Positions 24,568 through 37,869 of a DNA stretch of 64,000 nucleotides are shown here, one piece after another. This DNA is from Tubulanus polymorphus. Lineage: Eukaryota > Animalia > Nemertea. The translations under genes and the position numbers were made by a program. The stretch is from assembly GCF_964204645.1 (NCBI RefSeq), contig NC_134025.1, positions 7,502,001 to 7,566,000 of the forward strand, given 5' to 3'. The stretch's first letter is position 1, and each line of letters begins with the position of its first letter. The notes under the pieces were generated by a model that saw nothing but the letters and a program-made list of their open reading frames with translations, made no database searches and had not been told where the DNA came from.

Positions 24568-27409
24568 TTTTATTGATGATAGTTAAATAAATCGATAAGT
24601 ATATTATCGGAAACAAAAAGCACGGCGCGATTGATTACGGTAAATGCTAGCTATGCTGTCAGAGGATGCCGTTTATACGGCGAAAAGCTGTCTGCTATTG
24701 ACGCATGCGCAGTGCATATTGACGCATGCGCAGTCTGCTATGGGATGCCTGTTGTACGGGGATGCTAGTTGTACTGTGACACCGGTCTAAATCGTGATTC
24801 TGTATCTCAGCGGTAGATGTCGCGACCTCTGCGGTAGAGTGTGAGTCCAGTTTATAAAGTTTTAAATGCTTTTATTACCGTTTATGTACTTATTTTTAAG
24901 TACTGTTTTTCCTCCCTATTCTATAGAAATGTTTGGAGCTTATTCGTATTCGTATATCACGATCATCATCCGTTTTACTGCCGTGCTTTGAACCGTGTTT
25001 AAATGATACTTAGCGTTTCAGCGTGATAGAATAAGTCGAATTCGCAAAAATGTCTAAACCTGACAAAGGATCAAATTGGTCAAATGAAGAATGTCTTGCT
25101 CTACTTCGAATCTGGAAGCAAGACTTCATCCAGTCGCAATTAATTATAGCAGATGGCGACATCTTGTGGGCCCGGTGACAAGCGATTTTATCACCGCGTG
25201 TCAAAACACCGTGTGAATGCTCACCAAAATTTCGTTGGTCTAACTAGTTGTCGTGTGAACGCGACTATAGACAGTACATGGTAAATCATATTCAATTTTC
25301 ACATATTTCAAAGTTTTTTTACATTTTTTTCATGGTAGAAAAACAATGCAAACAATTTGATTCAAATTTCGTACATATTTTTATATATATTTTGTATTAT
25401 GAAAATTGTATTATATTTTTGATAAATTTTCAATTTATATGAACTACATCATAAATAATGGAGCTTGCCTGCCCGGGCAAACCTCCGTTTCCGGAGGTGA
25501 AAAATTGAAACCGAATGACAAATAGTCAGAACTACAGTCCGGAAACGATTGACCGCGGAATTGAGCACGGTTGCTGTAGTTCGCACCTAGTTTCAAGATA
25601 GCCGACACTGAAATATGTAACGACCGAACTATAGTGCCTTTGGTTATAAGCTCCGACCTTTAATCGACTAACAATAAAAACCAGGTTCGACCTGGTTAGA
25701 CAGATTGCCACTCAATTCACTGTTGATTTATTCACATTCAAAACAACCAAGATCTGATACCATGAGCCCTGGATTGATGAAGGATCAGCGACTGGGTCAC
25801 TTCACCTCAATGAAGGCCTATTTCACATAAATTCACAACTTATTCAAATGAGCCACTTACCCCTTGAATATCGAATCCTTCAGACACAGCTTATTTAAGA
25901 ATTCACAGGTTTTTGAGTTGTGGCGATAAACGCAAAAATTTCACACAGACGCAGCACAGGTAAAACTTTATCTCCCAAGACTACATCAAGAGGATATGGT
26001 ACTAGTGGTTCTGATGAAGTTCTGGAGTTGTATTTAACAATGTTCAGCTCATATTTGACATAATCTAAGACAATATTCTGACAAAACGCTACATTTGAAT
26101 ACATTTTAATGTTTGAATACATCTTAGTTTATGTGTATTCCTCTGAAACGGATTTACACCATTTACAAAAAGCGATTTGTCTTGAAATCAAACACCAAAA
26201 TTCATTTTCACTTAAACCCGATTTTAGCTATTCACATAAAATGCTTATCATATGAAAAAAGTACAAAATAAGTTTAGGCCTCATTGAGACCTCACCAAAT
26301 CTTCAAATACTGGGCAGTCATTAGTTTCAACTTTGCAATTGAGAGCAATAAAAAATATACCGACACCAACGCGAATCGAAAAATTGCTTATATTTTCATA
26401 ATTTTCAGTTCTCCTTATGGGAGTATCGATACTGAAAAATACTAATTCAACTTGATAAGATGCTGTTCAATTCAAGTAAAATAATATCACAGCATGATAA
26501 TTCATTTACCATTTTGATTTACATGTATAAGAATTGTACAATGGTGATACAAATAAACAATTCAAGATGGAGGGACGCATCAAGAAACCTGTTAAGGTTT
26601 ATGAAAGTAGTTGATGATATTTACATCAATACAAGCAGCCTATCTGCTTCTCCGCTGTTTAATGATAAGACTTTACAAGGACCACCTACACAGCACTCTC
26701 AAGAGTTCAAATCTAGAAAACGGCTCTATTACTTTCTAGCCCTTGGCCCATAGTATCTACATACCAAGTTTCGTCAACATCGGACAATAATTGTAGGACT
26801 AGTAGCGATTTAAAGATTTTACAAGCGCCACCCGTACAGTGCCCCCTAGAGATCAAATTGGGAAAATGGGTCTATAACAAGATCAGAAAAGAACTGTAGC
26901 ACTAGTAGCAAATTGAAGCAAAAGTTGACGGATGGACGACGATGGATAATCCCCCTAACCCATCAAAACCCACAAAAACTCATTGGAAAGCGGGTTTCAT
27001 TGAATATCCCGCGGCATTTTTGCGGCATAAATACCCACAAGAAAGCCATTTTGTTTCTGATCAAAAAATGTTTTTGGGATGATGAAATAAAGGGTATCAT
27101 AAATGTATAACAAAAATTCAAGACGAGAATAAATATGCAAAATGTACTTATTTTGACCGAGAAACAACAAAGGCTGCCAGTCAGTTATCTTAATTCTGAT
27201 AAGGGCCAATACTTAAGATTCGTTTATTGAATATTGAATTTCAACCAAAAAAATTATTAAGACAATTCTGATTTCTCAATGTATCATTTTATTTAAAATT
27301 TTTTTTTAATTTTATCATTTTATTGAAGTATTCACAAACCGAATTCAGAAACCGAACAATCAACAATCAGCAGTTTGTAGAATAACCAGACAGCTACAGT
27401 TAACAATAA

Positions 27410-27990
27410 TAAGTACTGGGCGTAGATGCGCTGGTATCACTGGTACTGGCTTGATGCACTGGTATGACTGGTACTGGGATGATGCATTGGTATGACTGGT
27501 ACTGGGATGATGTACTGGTATCACTGGTACTGGGATGATGTACTGGTATCACTGGTACTGGGATGATGTACTGGTATCACTGGTACTGGGATGATGTACT
27601 GGTATCACTGGTACTGGGATGATGCACTGGTATCACTGGTACTGGGATGTTACACTGGTATCATTGGTGATGGCTTGATACACTGGTATCACTGGTACTG
27701 GGATGACGTACTGGTATCACTGGTACTGAGATGATGCACTGGTATCATTGGTGATGGCTTGATACGCTGGTATCACTGGTACTGGGATGATGCGCTGGTA
27801 TCACTGGTACTTGGATGATGCGCTGGTATCACTGGTACTGGGATGATGTACTGGTATCACTGGTACTGGGATGATGTACTGGTATCACTGGTACTGGGAT
27901 GATGCACTGGTATCATTGGTGATGGCTTGATACGCTGGTATCACTGTTACTGGGATGATGCGCTGGTATCACTGGTACTGGGATGATTAT
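27410..27990. repeat. Minisatellite, 28-bp unit (atcactggtactgggatgatgtactggt), about 20 copies
   Basis: Directly visible. The unit is not a multiple of 3, so it is likely non-coding. Confidence 0.92.
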
Positions 27991-29774
27991 ACACTGCAAC
28001 TGGGTTGGTGTGGTTTGATAGTACTTCAATTGTAGTAATGAAGAAGGCGGCCAATCTCACTACTGGGTAGCCTAGTATCAGATGCTGAACTCAGAAGCGG
28101 TGCTGCGATGTTGCATAACCAATTCATAGCCGGCTTCAAACAAATTCATTCTAAATATAATAAACACATTTTCATCTACGTCGTCATAAAAAAACCAATA
28201 TGAATCATTAAATAATGAATAAATGAGAGATCGATTATACTTACATTTAGTACATTGTTATTGTACTTGCGCAATTATTCAAACTTTCTCCCACAACCAG
28301 GTGACTTCATATAAATCAATCAAATCCATTTACTACAAAATATCGAATAAATTTTCATTCAATCATAAAAAAAAACATCAGTAAACAGTGAATAATGAAT
28401 AATAATTGGAATCTAGGCCTATTTCACATATACCGATATTTATGAGATATTTCAAACGAATCACTTACCCCTCGAATATTGAATCCATCACCGGAAAAAT
28501 TCACTGACACTGTAGATATAATGATAGCTACTTCCCCCCAGGAAAAAAACGCTCAAAGGCTGGAAAAACACTAGGCTGGGGTTGCTAGGCTTATGAATGG
28601 ATAAATATTTGGGTCCGGTACCTACCGTAGCTTTTAAGGCCTAATTGAAAATAATTCTTTCAACAAAATAGAAACCTTTTCTAACTTGCATTATGATGAG
28701 TTTCAAATTCGACAATCAAACATTTCGGCCTGACTCGCAATGATGAGTTTCAAATTCAAACTTCACATAGGAGGCCTTTTTAATAGTTATTTGTATGTAG
28801 GCCGTGTGGGTGGTGCATTTGCCAGAGCCAGCCCCAGCGCCAGCGCCCAGGCCCTGTGATACGGTCTAGACCGGACGGAAGGAGGACTCGCCCACCACCC
28901 GTGGCGTCCAAGCTAATGATGTCAATGATGACTGAGGCCTATTATCAATTTAAACAGTTTCAAACTGTTTATTTGCTGTTTTCTGAAAGGAATTAAACAG
29001 CATCAATGATACATGCTTGGAGCGCATGATGGAAATTCTTTAGAAACGGCACGTCAAATTTGGACCCGGAAATACGTTTTTACATCATTATAATAAATCC
29101 CATCCATCAGTCACATTCTATTAAATTCAATTCAATTTTGTTCCGTGAATATTTGTGTCGAGAGACGGAAAGGAAATTCTATGTCGAGACATCAAGGATA
29201 GTTTTATCGTTATTACTGCAGTTAATTTAATGTTTTAATGCAGATATAGAAATAATTGTCTTTCCTTATTGAATGTTTCTAAATTTTTTACTTTTCAATA
29301 AAATAATTGAGATTCTACCTAGAATGAAATATTTAAGATCAGTAAAATTGGAAAAAAATATATATTTGAGATATTGAAACGTCGATATTTTTGTGATCAC
29401 TTTTGAGATTAAGAGTTGAAATAATTGAACTTTCAAAGTGACTGAGGTATTCAGATGAATAAAAACATCATCTGAATAGAATTGGATAAGTATTTAGCAG
29501 TTTAGATATTCTAGTTTAAGATTTCGAGAAATATTTAAATGAAATTTCAGAGATTTGTGCTAGATAAGTTGTGTATTTGAGATAACCAAGATAAGTAATT
29601 GAGATATTTGAGGCATACTAATTGAGATAAGGTAATGAGTAAAAACTTACTTAAATTGAGGAACAGGTCGAGTGCCCCGCCATTTTTCAGCACCTCGACC
29701 TGTACGGATTTCAGCACGTCGAATAAAAAGTTACATGACATGATTGTTGTAGTTTGTGTAGTTAGTTGTCGACG

Positions 29775-30223
<449 letters not shown>

Positions 30224-31766
30224 AATATTGATAAAAAGAAAATAATTAATACCAAGATATTAAATCAATCAAGAAACATTTCATCGACAGAAAAAATAAA
30301 ATGGACGCAGTTTAGCATACCGGAAAATGGCCGAACTGGAAAGAGTGACCCCGTGACCGGGCCTTATATACCGACACCGGTGTGACGTCATATTACACAA
30401 TACTGACCAATGACAAGTAACTTGACATTCCCGCCGAGAAATAATGAAATTATTGCCACCGAAATGCCATTAGATTCGAATCCGCCTGCAAACGGAAAGA
30501 TGGTTGATTTTCTATTAAGGGTGCATTCACGTTGGAAAGCGCCGATGCCTGGGCCACACCAGTCTACTTAGTACTTAGTGGCCAATTTAACATACCGTAA
30601 ATCGGGGTGACTTGAGACGCTTGTTTGTGATTTTTTTTAATGCAGCTCGAGGACCTACCAACAATCTACCCAAATGATGATTATTTGAACAATAATTGGT
30701 CCCTCTTCACAGTTCTAGGCATGATGAAAAAATGCTTATTACTTATCTTGGTTATCTCATACACAAAATGATGACACAGAATTTTAGTAAAATGAATATA
30801 TGAGTAGTTATGAACCCCCTAGACTAAGAGTCAGGCAGACAAAAGGCCGACTCATGGTTGGGTCCTGTACATTCAGGAATCTTTTTGCATGACCCGCTAC
30901 AGACAGGCCTGTATCATCAAGTAACCTCATATGAAATTGCACTGAAAACTTTAGTTGGGGTGACTTGAGATACTGTCTCCCTAAGTCACCCTGGTTTGAT
31001 AAATTTCCAACCTTTGGAACAATTGGATTCAAAACTACGTAGAACTGGATCCAGAACTGTAGAACTGAACGGCTGAAGCTACGTATTATTAGAAATCAAA
31101 TAAAGCCAGAAAATTTGAAGAAATTTCGGTCTAGGAGACGCCTTCGGCCACTCGCTACTTTGCTTTTGATGGCTGATTGCGCGGGTCTTATCTAAATAAA
31201 GGCCGTACTCAAGTTGGTCAGTGAGGGATCGAGTTCAACTAATACACCTTTAACCTGTGGAAACAGTATGATATATTATGTACAGCCTTGCGCCGATAAT
31301 CAAGTCTTTTTTATTTTGGTTCATTTAACCAATCCGTGAAATTGATTGTCCGACAACTATTTCCTAAAAAGTGTTGAAAGTCTCTTTTACACTCCCAAGA
31401 CCGACTGCGGTGCGGAATGTACTGTGTGTATTGTAAGACCAAACTTGGTTTTCTCGCGCGAGAAATCAAAACATTTTGGTTTTCTCCCGCGGGAATTCAA
31501 AACTTTGTTTTTTCGCGCGAGAAAATCAAACTTTTTGAATTCTCATGCGAGGGAACCAAACTTTTTGAATTCTTGCGCGAGAAAACCAAAAACGGGCCAC
31601 GGGTGAAAAATCTTTGTGTTCTAGCCGTACAGAAAATTTTTTTTCTATGACCGGAATCAGCCATACACCATGGTTCCGATTGGTTTTTTTTTTTTTTAAT
31701 GTTTAAGGTATAGTATAGTCTTTTTGAACCGTTTTTTATAATAGTTATCAAAAAGATTACCATGTT

Positions 31767-31808
31767 ACACCTGACGATGATCTCTAGGGTGAGATCGAAA
31801 CGTCGTGT
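31767..31808 (+). ncRNA. Minimal type I hammerhead ribozyme motif of the Penelope-associated kind
   Basis: acac-CTGACGA-t-GATCTC-tagggt-GAGATC-GAAAC-GTC-gtgt. Core boxes CUGANGA and GAAA are present, with stem II GATCTC/GAGATC, palindromic ACGT stem III, a GUC cleavage triplet and stem I acac/gtgt. Confidence 0.72.
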
Positions 31809-31923
31809 CTTTTATATATTTTAGATTGAATAAATAAATTCCGGTTTTTAAATTCTTTTAATCTGTAAAAAGTGGGATTTTATCTTATTATCCGTTCACC
31901 ACGGTTGAGTGTGGTTATCGTTC
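31768..31923 (+). mobile_element. Short Penelope-like (pLTR/retrozyme-type) fragment
   Basis: Begins with the hammerhead motif and is bounded by the direct repeat taccatgtta (31758-31767 and 31924-31933). A related copy lies at about 54985-55105. Confidence 0.6.
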
Positions 31924-32156
31924 TACCATGTTAACTATGTATCATAAAGGTACGGTTTATATTTGAATTTAATTTGTTACTTATAATCTCAAGGTCGCTG
32001 AGCTGAGTTGTTGACATTTGGGCATTTGGGGGCCTTACCTGACATTTTACTCTCTTTCTAACATATTTTTGACATTTATGTGAATTTTTTTCGAGTTAAT
32101 GAAGAAATCATGTAATGTGGAATATTTGTGAAGTCGTGTGAATACAGTTGAGAGAG

Positions 32157-33690
32157 ATGGCTACCGCTACGAGTGAAGATGTGGTCGATGATTTATTAGT
32201 AGATGATGATTTTGATCAATCAAAACTTATTCAAGTCTGGTGGACGATACTAAAGAAATCTACTGATTATGACGCATGGGGTCAACCAGTTGAGGCTGTG
32301 GAAGGCTACAAGCAGTAAGTTGCCATAATAGCCATATTTATAGTCTGAATACCAGTCGTTGTTACGGGTTGTTTGTGGAACTACGTACGGCTAACTAGAG
32401 ACTACCATATTTACACATCTATGTTTAGCAGTACAATAGGCCTACCGGGGTAGGTTATGTACTGTGCTCTGATTTTGTTATTCGATCTGCAGGTTGTCAC
32501 AAGAAATTCCCAAAAGAACTCGCCCAGATCAAACTTATTTCACCGATGACCAAAAGAAAGTTCTTCAGAAATTAGTGGTTTGTTTAGAGTTAAGATCACA
32601 GGCGTTGCAGGTAGAAATCCTCATCAAACTGCCAAGGTTTTATGAAAAGCAAGATAGGGCTGTTAAGAATGGTATTAATCTTTTTCAGAATCCTCAAAGA
32701 AGTATGGAAGTGACCTTAGATCATCTTAAAAGAATTTTATCTGGTAATCGAAAAATCTTCTCCAACAAGATAGCCTAACCGAATAGTTGTTGGACAGCTT
32801 TGAATTACATGTTGTTACTTTTTTAAGGACTGCCATCATTGTTTGGTATTACATCAATAGAAAATGAGGGTAAACTCATAAAAAATAGCTCTGAAGGTAC
32901 GTGTTATTCTGCTTTTCTTTGATCATTAAAATGCTATTCTGTAATAAGCAATGGTGTTTACCTATTTTAGCTCCAGCAAGTCTTGTGTCTCTTCCACCTC
33001 TTCCTGGACAAGATCAAACAAAAATATCATTATGGATTGAAAAACTTGGTATCAAGGATGCTCCACAGTATATCGATTCATTTATCACTGTTGCTGTTAA
33101 AGGTTTAATCATTCATTCATGTGCCATACTAAATCCAATAGATTTATGATAAAAATAGCCTTGTATCTTGTATTATCTTTTATTTCAAGATGCTAAGGGA
33201 ATAGATCTAAACACTCCTATCGATACACCAATGTCTAATCATCGGGATGAAAATTATGTATATTTCGGGTCAGAAATAACTATAGAGAGACCACTTGAAT
33301 GTCTTCCCACTGGTAAGGGTCTTCCGCTTTTAACAATAAGATTCTATCGAGGGATATTAGGAGTGTGAGGGAATATGTTGTTTATTCTGACAGGGTTTGC
33401 CATTTTCTTGGAATTTCGCCACTATAAGCCTAAAAAGAAGACTGTGAGCACCAAATGCTGGACTTTTCTTGAACGCGATGAAATCAAAGATGGTCCTGTG
33501 ATTGCTGAATTGTAAGTTATTTCTGATTTTGATACTTGATTTGTTTGAGCCTATTCTAAATTTAATGTATTCAAAGTTTGGTCATTTCTGCATTTTCAGG
33601 TATAAAAAACCAACTGACTGCAAAAGGAAAAGTATTAATCTGTTAACTACAAAGCCATTATATTTACATGCAAAACTGACCTTGACTTGA
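32157..33690 (+). CDS. AIDA: Axin interactor, dorsalization-associated protein (multi-exon)
   Basis: Exon 1 has KKSTDYDAWGQPVEAVEGY. C2-Aida motifs IEKLGIKDAPQYIDSFITV and FLEFRHYKPKKKTVSTKCW follow. The C-terminus is YKKPTDCKRKSINLLTTKPLYLH. Confidence 0.92.
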
Positions 33691-34928
33691 ATTTTTTCTC
33701 TAGTATTTATGTTGTCTCATTTATCATGGTTAGATATCTCTTATTCATGTGCTTTGACTGATCAACTATGTTTAAGTGGAAAACATATTAACCTCTCAGG
33801 GTAAAATCAGATGATTGAGAATACGGTATGTGAAGCTGCGTGAATTAGAATATGAGGAATCTTTTATACTTTCAAACCACTTATTTAAGATTTTATTTCC
33901 ATATTAGATTGTGCTATTTTACAAGCTTGTAGCTGTATGTACATATCCTGCAATAAGTGTCTATGCAATATCTAACTTTTTATAATCATTGTACATGTAT
34001 TCAATTTCCTGCATTCCTGCAAGAGTTTTATATCAGCAGTAGATATAGTGATAATTTAATTAACTAATTTACAACTTTACATGTATTGGATATCAAAGAC
34101 TTACTAAATAAACCATGCAATTGTTGGTCTATTATTGGAGTCTATTAATACTGTATGTGTATGTTAGTCTGTCATTGGAGTCATCTCATCTTGTATGATT
34201 TATTCTATTTTACAAAATACATTTTGAATTATATATTGGAAGTTTTGACTTTTTGTGTCTTATAGTTTCATGAAGACGACATTCATTATAGAATTTTAAG
34301 ATCTTGCCTGCCCGATATTTATTCAGCCTTTACGTATGTGATGGACTCTGTTCCACGTAGAAGTTGGCTGTTGGAAGTTAAATGGCTGGTCCAGTAATTT
34401 TTGCACTGAATAAAGAATTGGGATAGAGGAATGCCATATAGCCATCCACGAACTATTTTTGGTGAATACCAGTATATCTTCAGGAATTTTGGTATCATGT
34501 CCATAGTTATTGTCCATAAATTCTACATCTGTCTCATTGAAATAAGTTGAAGAAGTTAAGATGATAATATCTGTTTCTTTTCCATCTACATATTGTTCTT
34601 TCCCCGTCACACACCATTCTAAACAACAAACAAAATTTTCAACATTCTTAATATTTATTTTAACTGCTGGCACATAAAAGAAGCATCATAAAAAGTTACA
34701 CATCTTAAAGACATAGTAGCTTGAACAACATTTCAGTAATCTCGTGTGTATAATTTTATCAAGTAACTTATCACTGCAAATTTAATAGTTTTGAAATATA
34801 AAAAATACTAAAAACTCTTCAGATTCACACTAAGTGGAAGACACTCTGATATATGTACAACTTAGCATCAATGATAGAAATTCTATCCTCATAGGAATGT
34901 GTTGTGTATGGATTGTCCTACTTATTCA

Positions 34929-37558
34929 TCACCAGTAGCTGATCATCGTCATTAGACCAGGTTTCTCTGGTGAAGCTGTAATCAAACGCGTGTCTCCTAC
35001 CCACAATTTGTACAGTATATTCGGATTACGATGAACGCGATTAAGAATTTTTAGATCCTAAAAGAAAGAAATTTTTACTCAGATATTGATCCCAAAAAGG
35101 AGTACCGAATTAACTATGCTTACGTACCTTCCAATCCCAAATGACTATTCTCTTCTGATCTCCTCCGCTGATTAGTTTTTCATTATCTATGTGGAGACAA
35201 CGTACCGTACCAATATGTCCATCGTTAAACACCTTTAATATGCAGCCTGGATATATGAAAAAACAAGTAAATCCACTTATAACACACTATAGCGGTATAC
35301 CCATTATTCAACACACTGGGTTAGTATTTGTCCAAATTTGAAAAATTATCTCTAGCATTTTTTGGTATGAATTAGAAAGCGCTGAAAGGAAAGTTAAATG
35401 TACCTGTGTGGTCCCAAACAATAACACAACTATCAGTACCTCCTGATGTAATCACATGCTCATTGTAGGCAACACAAAACTAGAAAATAATGAAAAAGGT
35501 CACAATAGCAAAAAAAAACAATTTTGAGTCCAGAAACTGGACCATGGAAGAACTACCCAGTACTTCAAATCACTTACAACTTCACCCATATGACCTCGTA
35601 GAATAAACTGACAAAGTCCATCATTAATTGTCCAAATTCTTAATGTTGAATCCGAACTTGCACTCACTAATTTCTTCTGGTCGAATTGAATCGCATTAAT
35701 CACTGAAAATATACAGATTATCAGTATTATTTTCCATGTTTTAAATCACATAAAAATCTCTGCTGCAATTACTTTCTAGATTAAAAGTACCTTCTGTATG
35801 CCCCTCAAATCTCTGGCTCAATTGTCCTGTTTCAGTATTCCAGATCATTATTAAGTTGTCATACCCACCAGTAGCTACAAGCGTTCCATGAACTGCAAAA
35901 CTCTGAAAAAATTCAGGAATGTCTTTGCATTATTATTATTATTACATTAGGGTCCATGACAATTTACACCAAAATCGTAAAGTTTTTGACTGCAATGTAT
36001 ACCTCAACATCATCAGTATGACCTCTCATTGTATATTTCAGTTCACCACATTTTATATCCCACACCATCATAGCCCTGAAATATAATATTCCAAACTGTC
36101 GTGCATGAATTTCCATTTCAGTCTTAAGAAAATTGACACCTTGTTTCTCATTTCTGCTAAGCTTAAAAACGTGGACCTGGCCAGCCACCTATCTACTCTA
36201 TAAATAATTTTTTCAAAAATTATGATCAAGCTAACAATAACAGACCTGGCAGTTTTTGAAATGAACTGATTGCAAATGTTAATGCAGTCAACAAAATGAC
36301 CCAGGCGATTAGACGAAACAAGGTATCTTTATTCTATTTTAGCCTCAGATTCCATTTAAAAAAGCATGCATGTGGTAATTGAAAAAAATTCTGTATCCCA
36401 AATCAGTGATTTATTCAATAAAGTTATAGCTAATTGCACCTTTACCTGTCAGCAGCCACACTGATTATTATGTTGCCATCAAATGCCATGTGATCTATGC
36501 TTGAATGGTGTCCTTGAAATGAGATCTTCTTTTGTAGGGTTGATGAATCATACACGTGGATTCCACCTCCATAACATCCCACGACCAACACATTGCCCTA
36601 AGTGGATTGAAGTAAATGTCGAAAAAAGGATTCTAATAATTTTGTCCTACATAAACACAATATAAATTTCCTACCTTGATTTTGACTGCAGTTAGAGGTT
36701 CTCCATTCACATTTAGTTTGTTGATACACTTACAAGTGTGCAGATCCCAAACACGAAGAGTTTTATCTTCTCCAGCACTAACAATCACTTGACCTTTCAG
36801 AAAGAATTTTTCGAGTTAGAGTAAAATAAATCCAGTCCCGTATGGAATTCCTGCAAACTTTATCTTTGTTACTTACTATTACAATCAAATGCATTGACTT
36901 TATCGGTGTGACCTCTTAAAGTTGGTGCCACACTATAGCGGCCTGTTTTCCAATTAATTTTCAAATGTTGAGCACGCATATAAATCTGTTTCCACTTATT
37001 CACTGGTTCTAACGTGGAATAATCCCCGACACCTAAAGACCGCAAAAAGAAAACGTTTTCAAAACTGAAAATAAGCGAACTATTTCGTGATGAAAACGAA
37101 TGCACACCCTCATATGAAAAGACAGGAGATGTTCCAGATATATTAGTGACACTAGCATATAAACCAGTCGGTTGATCTAGTAAACCGAAAGGCAGTCCAT
37201 ATTTCAACCATCCATTTGCGAGACAATGATGTAACCTGAAAAATAAATTAGTTGCAATTGAATTTAGGAGAACCGATTAGTGTTTATCGGACTATTATTC
37301 TGGATTGAATTAATGTGTATGTTTGTTGACGTATCTTGATAAAGGAATCTCATACCATAGATGATCCTGGTTGGAGTTGATTCGTAAACTATGGCTACAT
37401 CGTGATAAATGGCAAAGATCCTTCGGGTTCAAATAAGAAAATATCTTTTCTATGATTTCTTTCGGTAGTATCTCTGTAAAATCGACCATCTCCATACCAG
37501 CATACTTAAATCCCAATTCTCGACGAACAACAATATGTTTTGTATTGGTTTTACCCAT
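34929..37558 (-). CDS. F-box/WD40-repeat protein (multi-exon)
   Basis: F-box DFTEILPKEIIEKIFSYLNPKDL. WD40 repeats LRGHTDKV, MRGHTDDV, SASSDSTLRIW and LRGHMGEV. The last exon ends MTMISYW-stop. Confidence 0.9.
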
Positions 37559-37869
37559 CACTCAATCAGCTCTGTTTCTTGGTGATCAGCATTTTCAAAG
37601 TTTATTTATTGCTACACTTTAGTAGGTGTAGGCCTGGCCCGGCCTAGCTTTGGAAGGCATAAAAGCAATTCAATTCTCAGGGATTAAACACAAGCTATAA
37701 AAGCCTAATATTAATTGTTGCTTATTCACAATTTTCTCATTTAAGCATGGAATTAGTAATTTATTCCATGACACTACATACATAACGTGAACATAACAAT
37801 GAAATGTCAAAAACTCAAACTGTCAAAATAAACGGACTTCCGGGTCGACGACCTTGAGCTAAAACCAAA
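37559..37869. promoter_or_regulatory. Probable bidirectional promoter (F-box/WD gene and CGRRF1)
   Basis: Divergent ATGs are about 310 bp apart, with an ETS-like ACTTCCGG at about 37836. Confidence 0.5.

Larger units (their letters stand above)
5750..24781 (-). mobile_element. Ginger1-superfamily DNA transposon (gypsy-integrase type), about 19 kb, apparently autonomous
   Basis: Left end TGTCACAGTACAA at 5750 and right end TTGTACTGTGACA at 24781 are a perfect 13-bp inverted repeat, imperfect out to about 55 bp. CCGG lies directly on both sides (5746-5749 and 24782-24785). TGT..ACA termini with a 4-bp CCGG TSD and an intron-containing gypsy-like integrase are the described Ginger1 hallmarks. 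Confidence 0.93.
5554..25266. mobile_element. PIF/Harbinger-like MITE (about 0.68 kb when rejoined), interrupted by the Ginger1 insertion
   Basis: AGGCGCGTTCACACGACGA at 5554 and TTGTCGTGTGAACGCGACT ending 25266 are inverted repeats (17/19). ATA lies on both flanks (3-bp TSD). The left arm is rich in ACCGGT/CCGG palindromes and continues as ccggtctaaat after 24781. The superfamily call rests on TIR style and TSD length only. Confidence 0.7.

Noticed and set aside
30592-31000. pogo-like MITE starting taccgtaaatcggggtgact
   Set aside because: The internal ggggtgactt motif is repeated, but no matching right TIR was found, so the boundaries are unsupported.
34323-34673. 116-aa ORF downstream of the F-box/WD gene
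   Set aside because: It starts at GTG, has no recognisable motif and lies in the probable 3' UTR. It cannot be supported without expression data.
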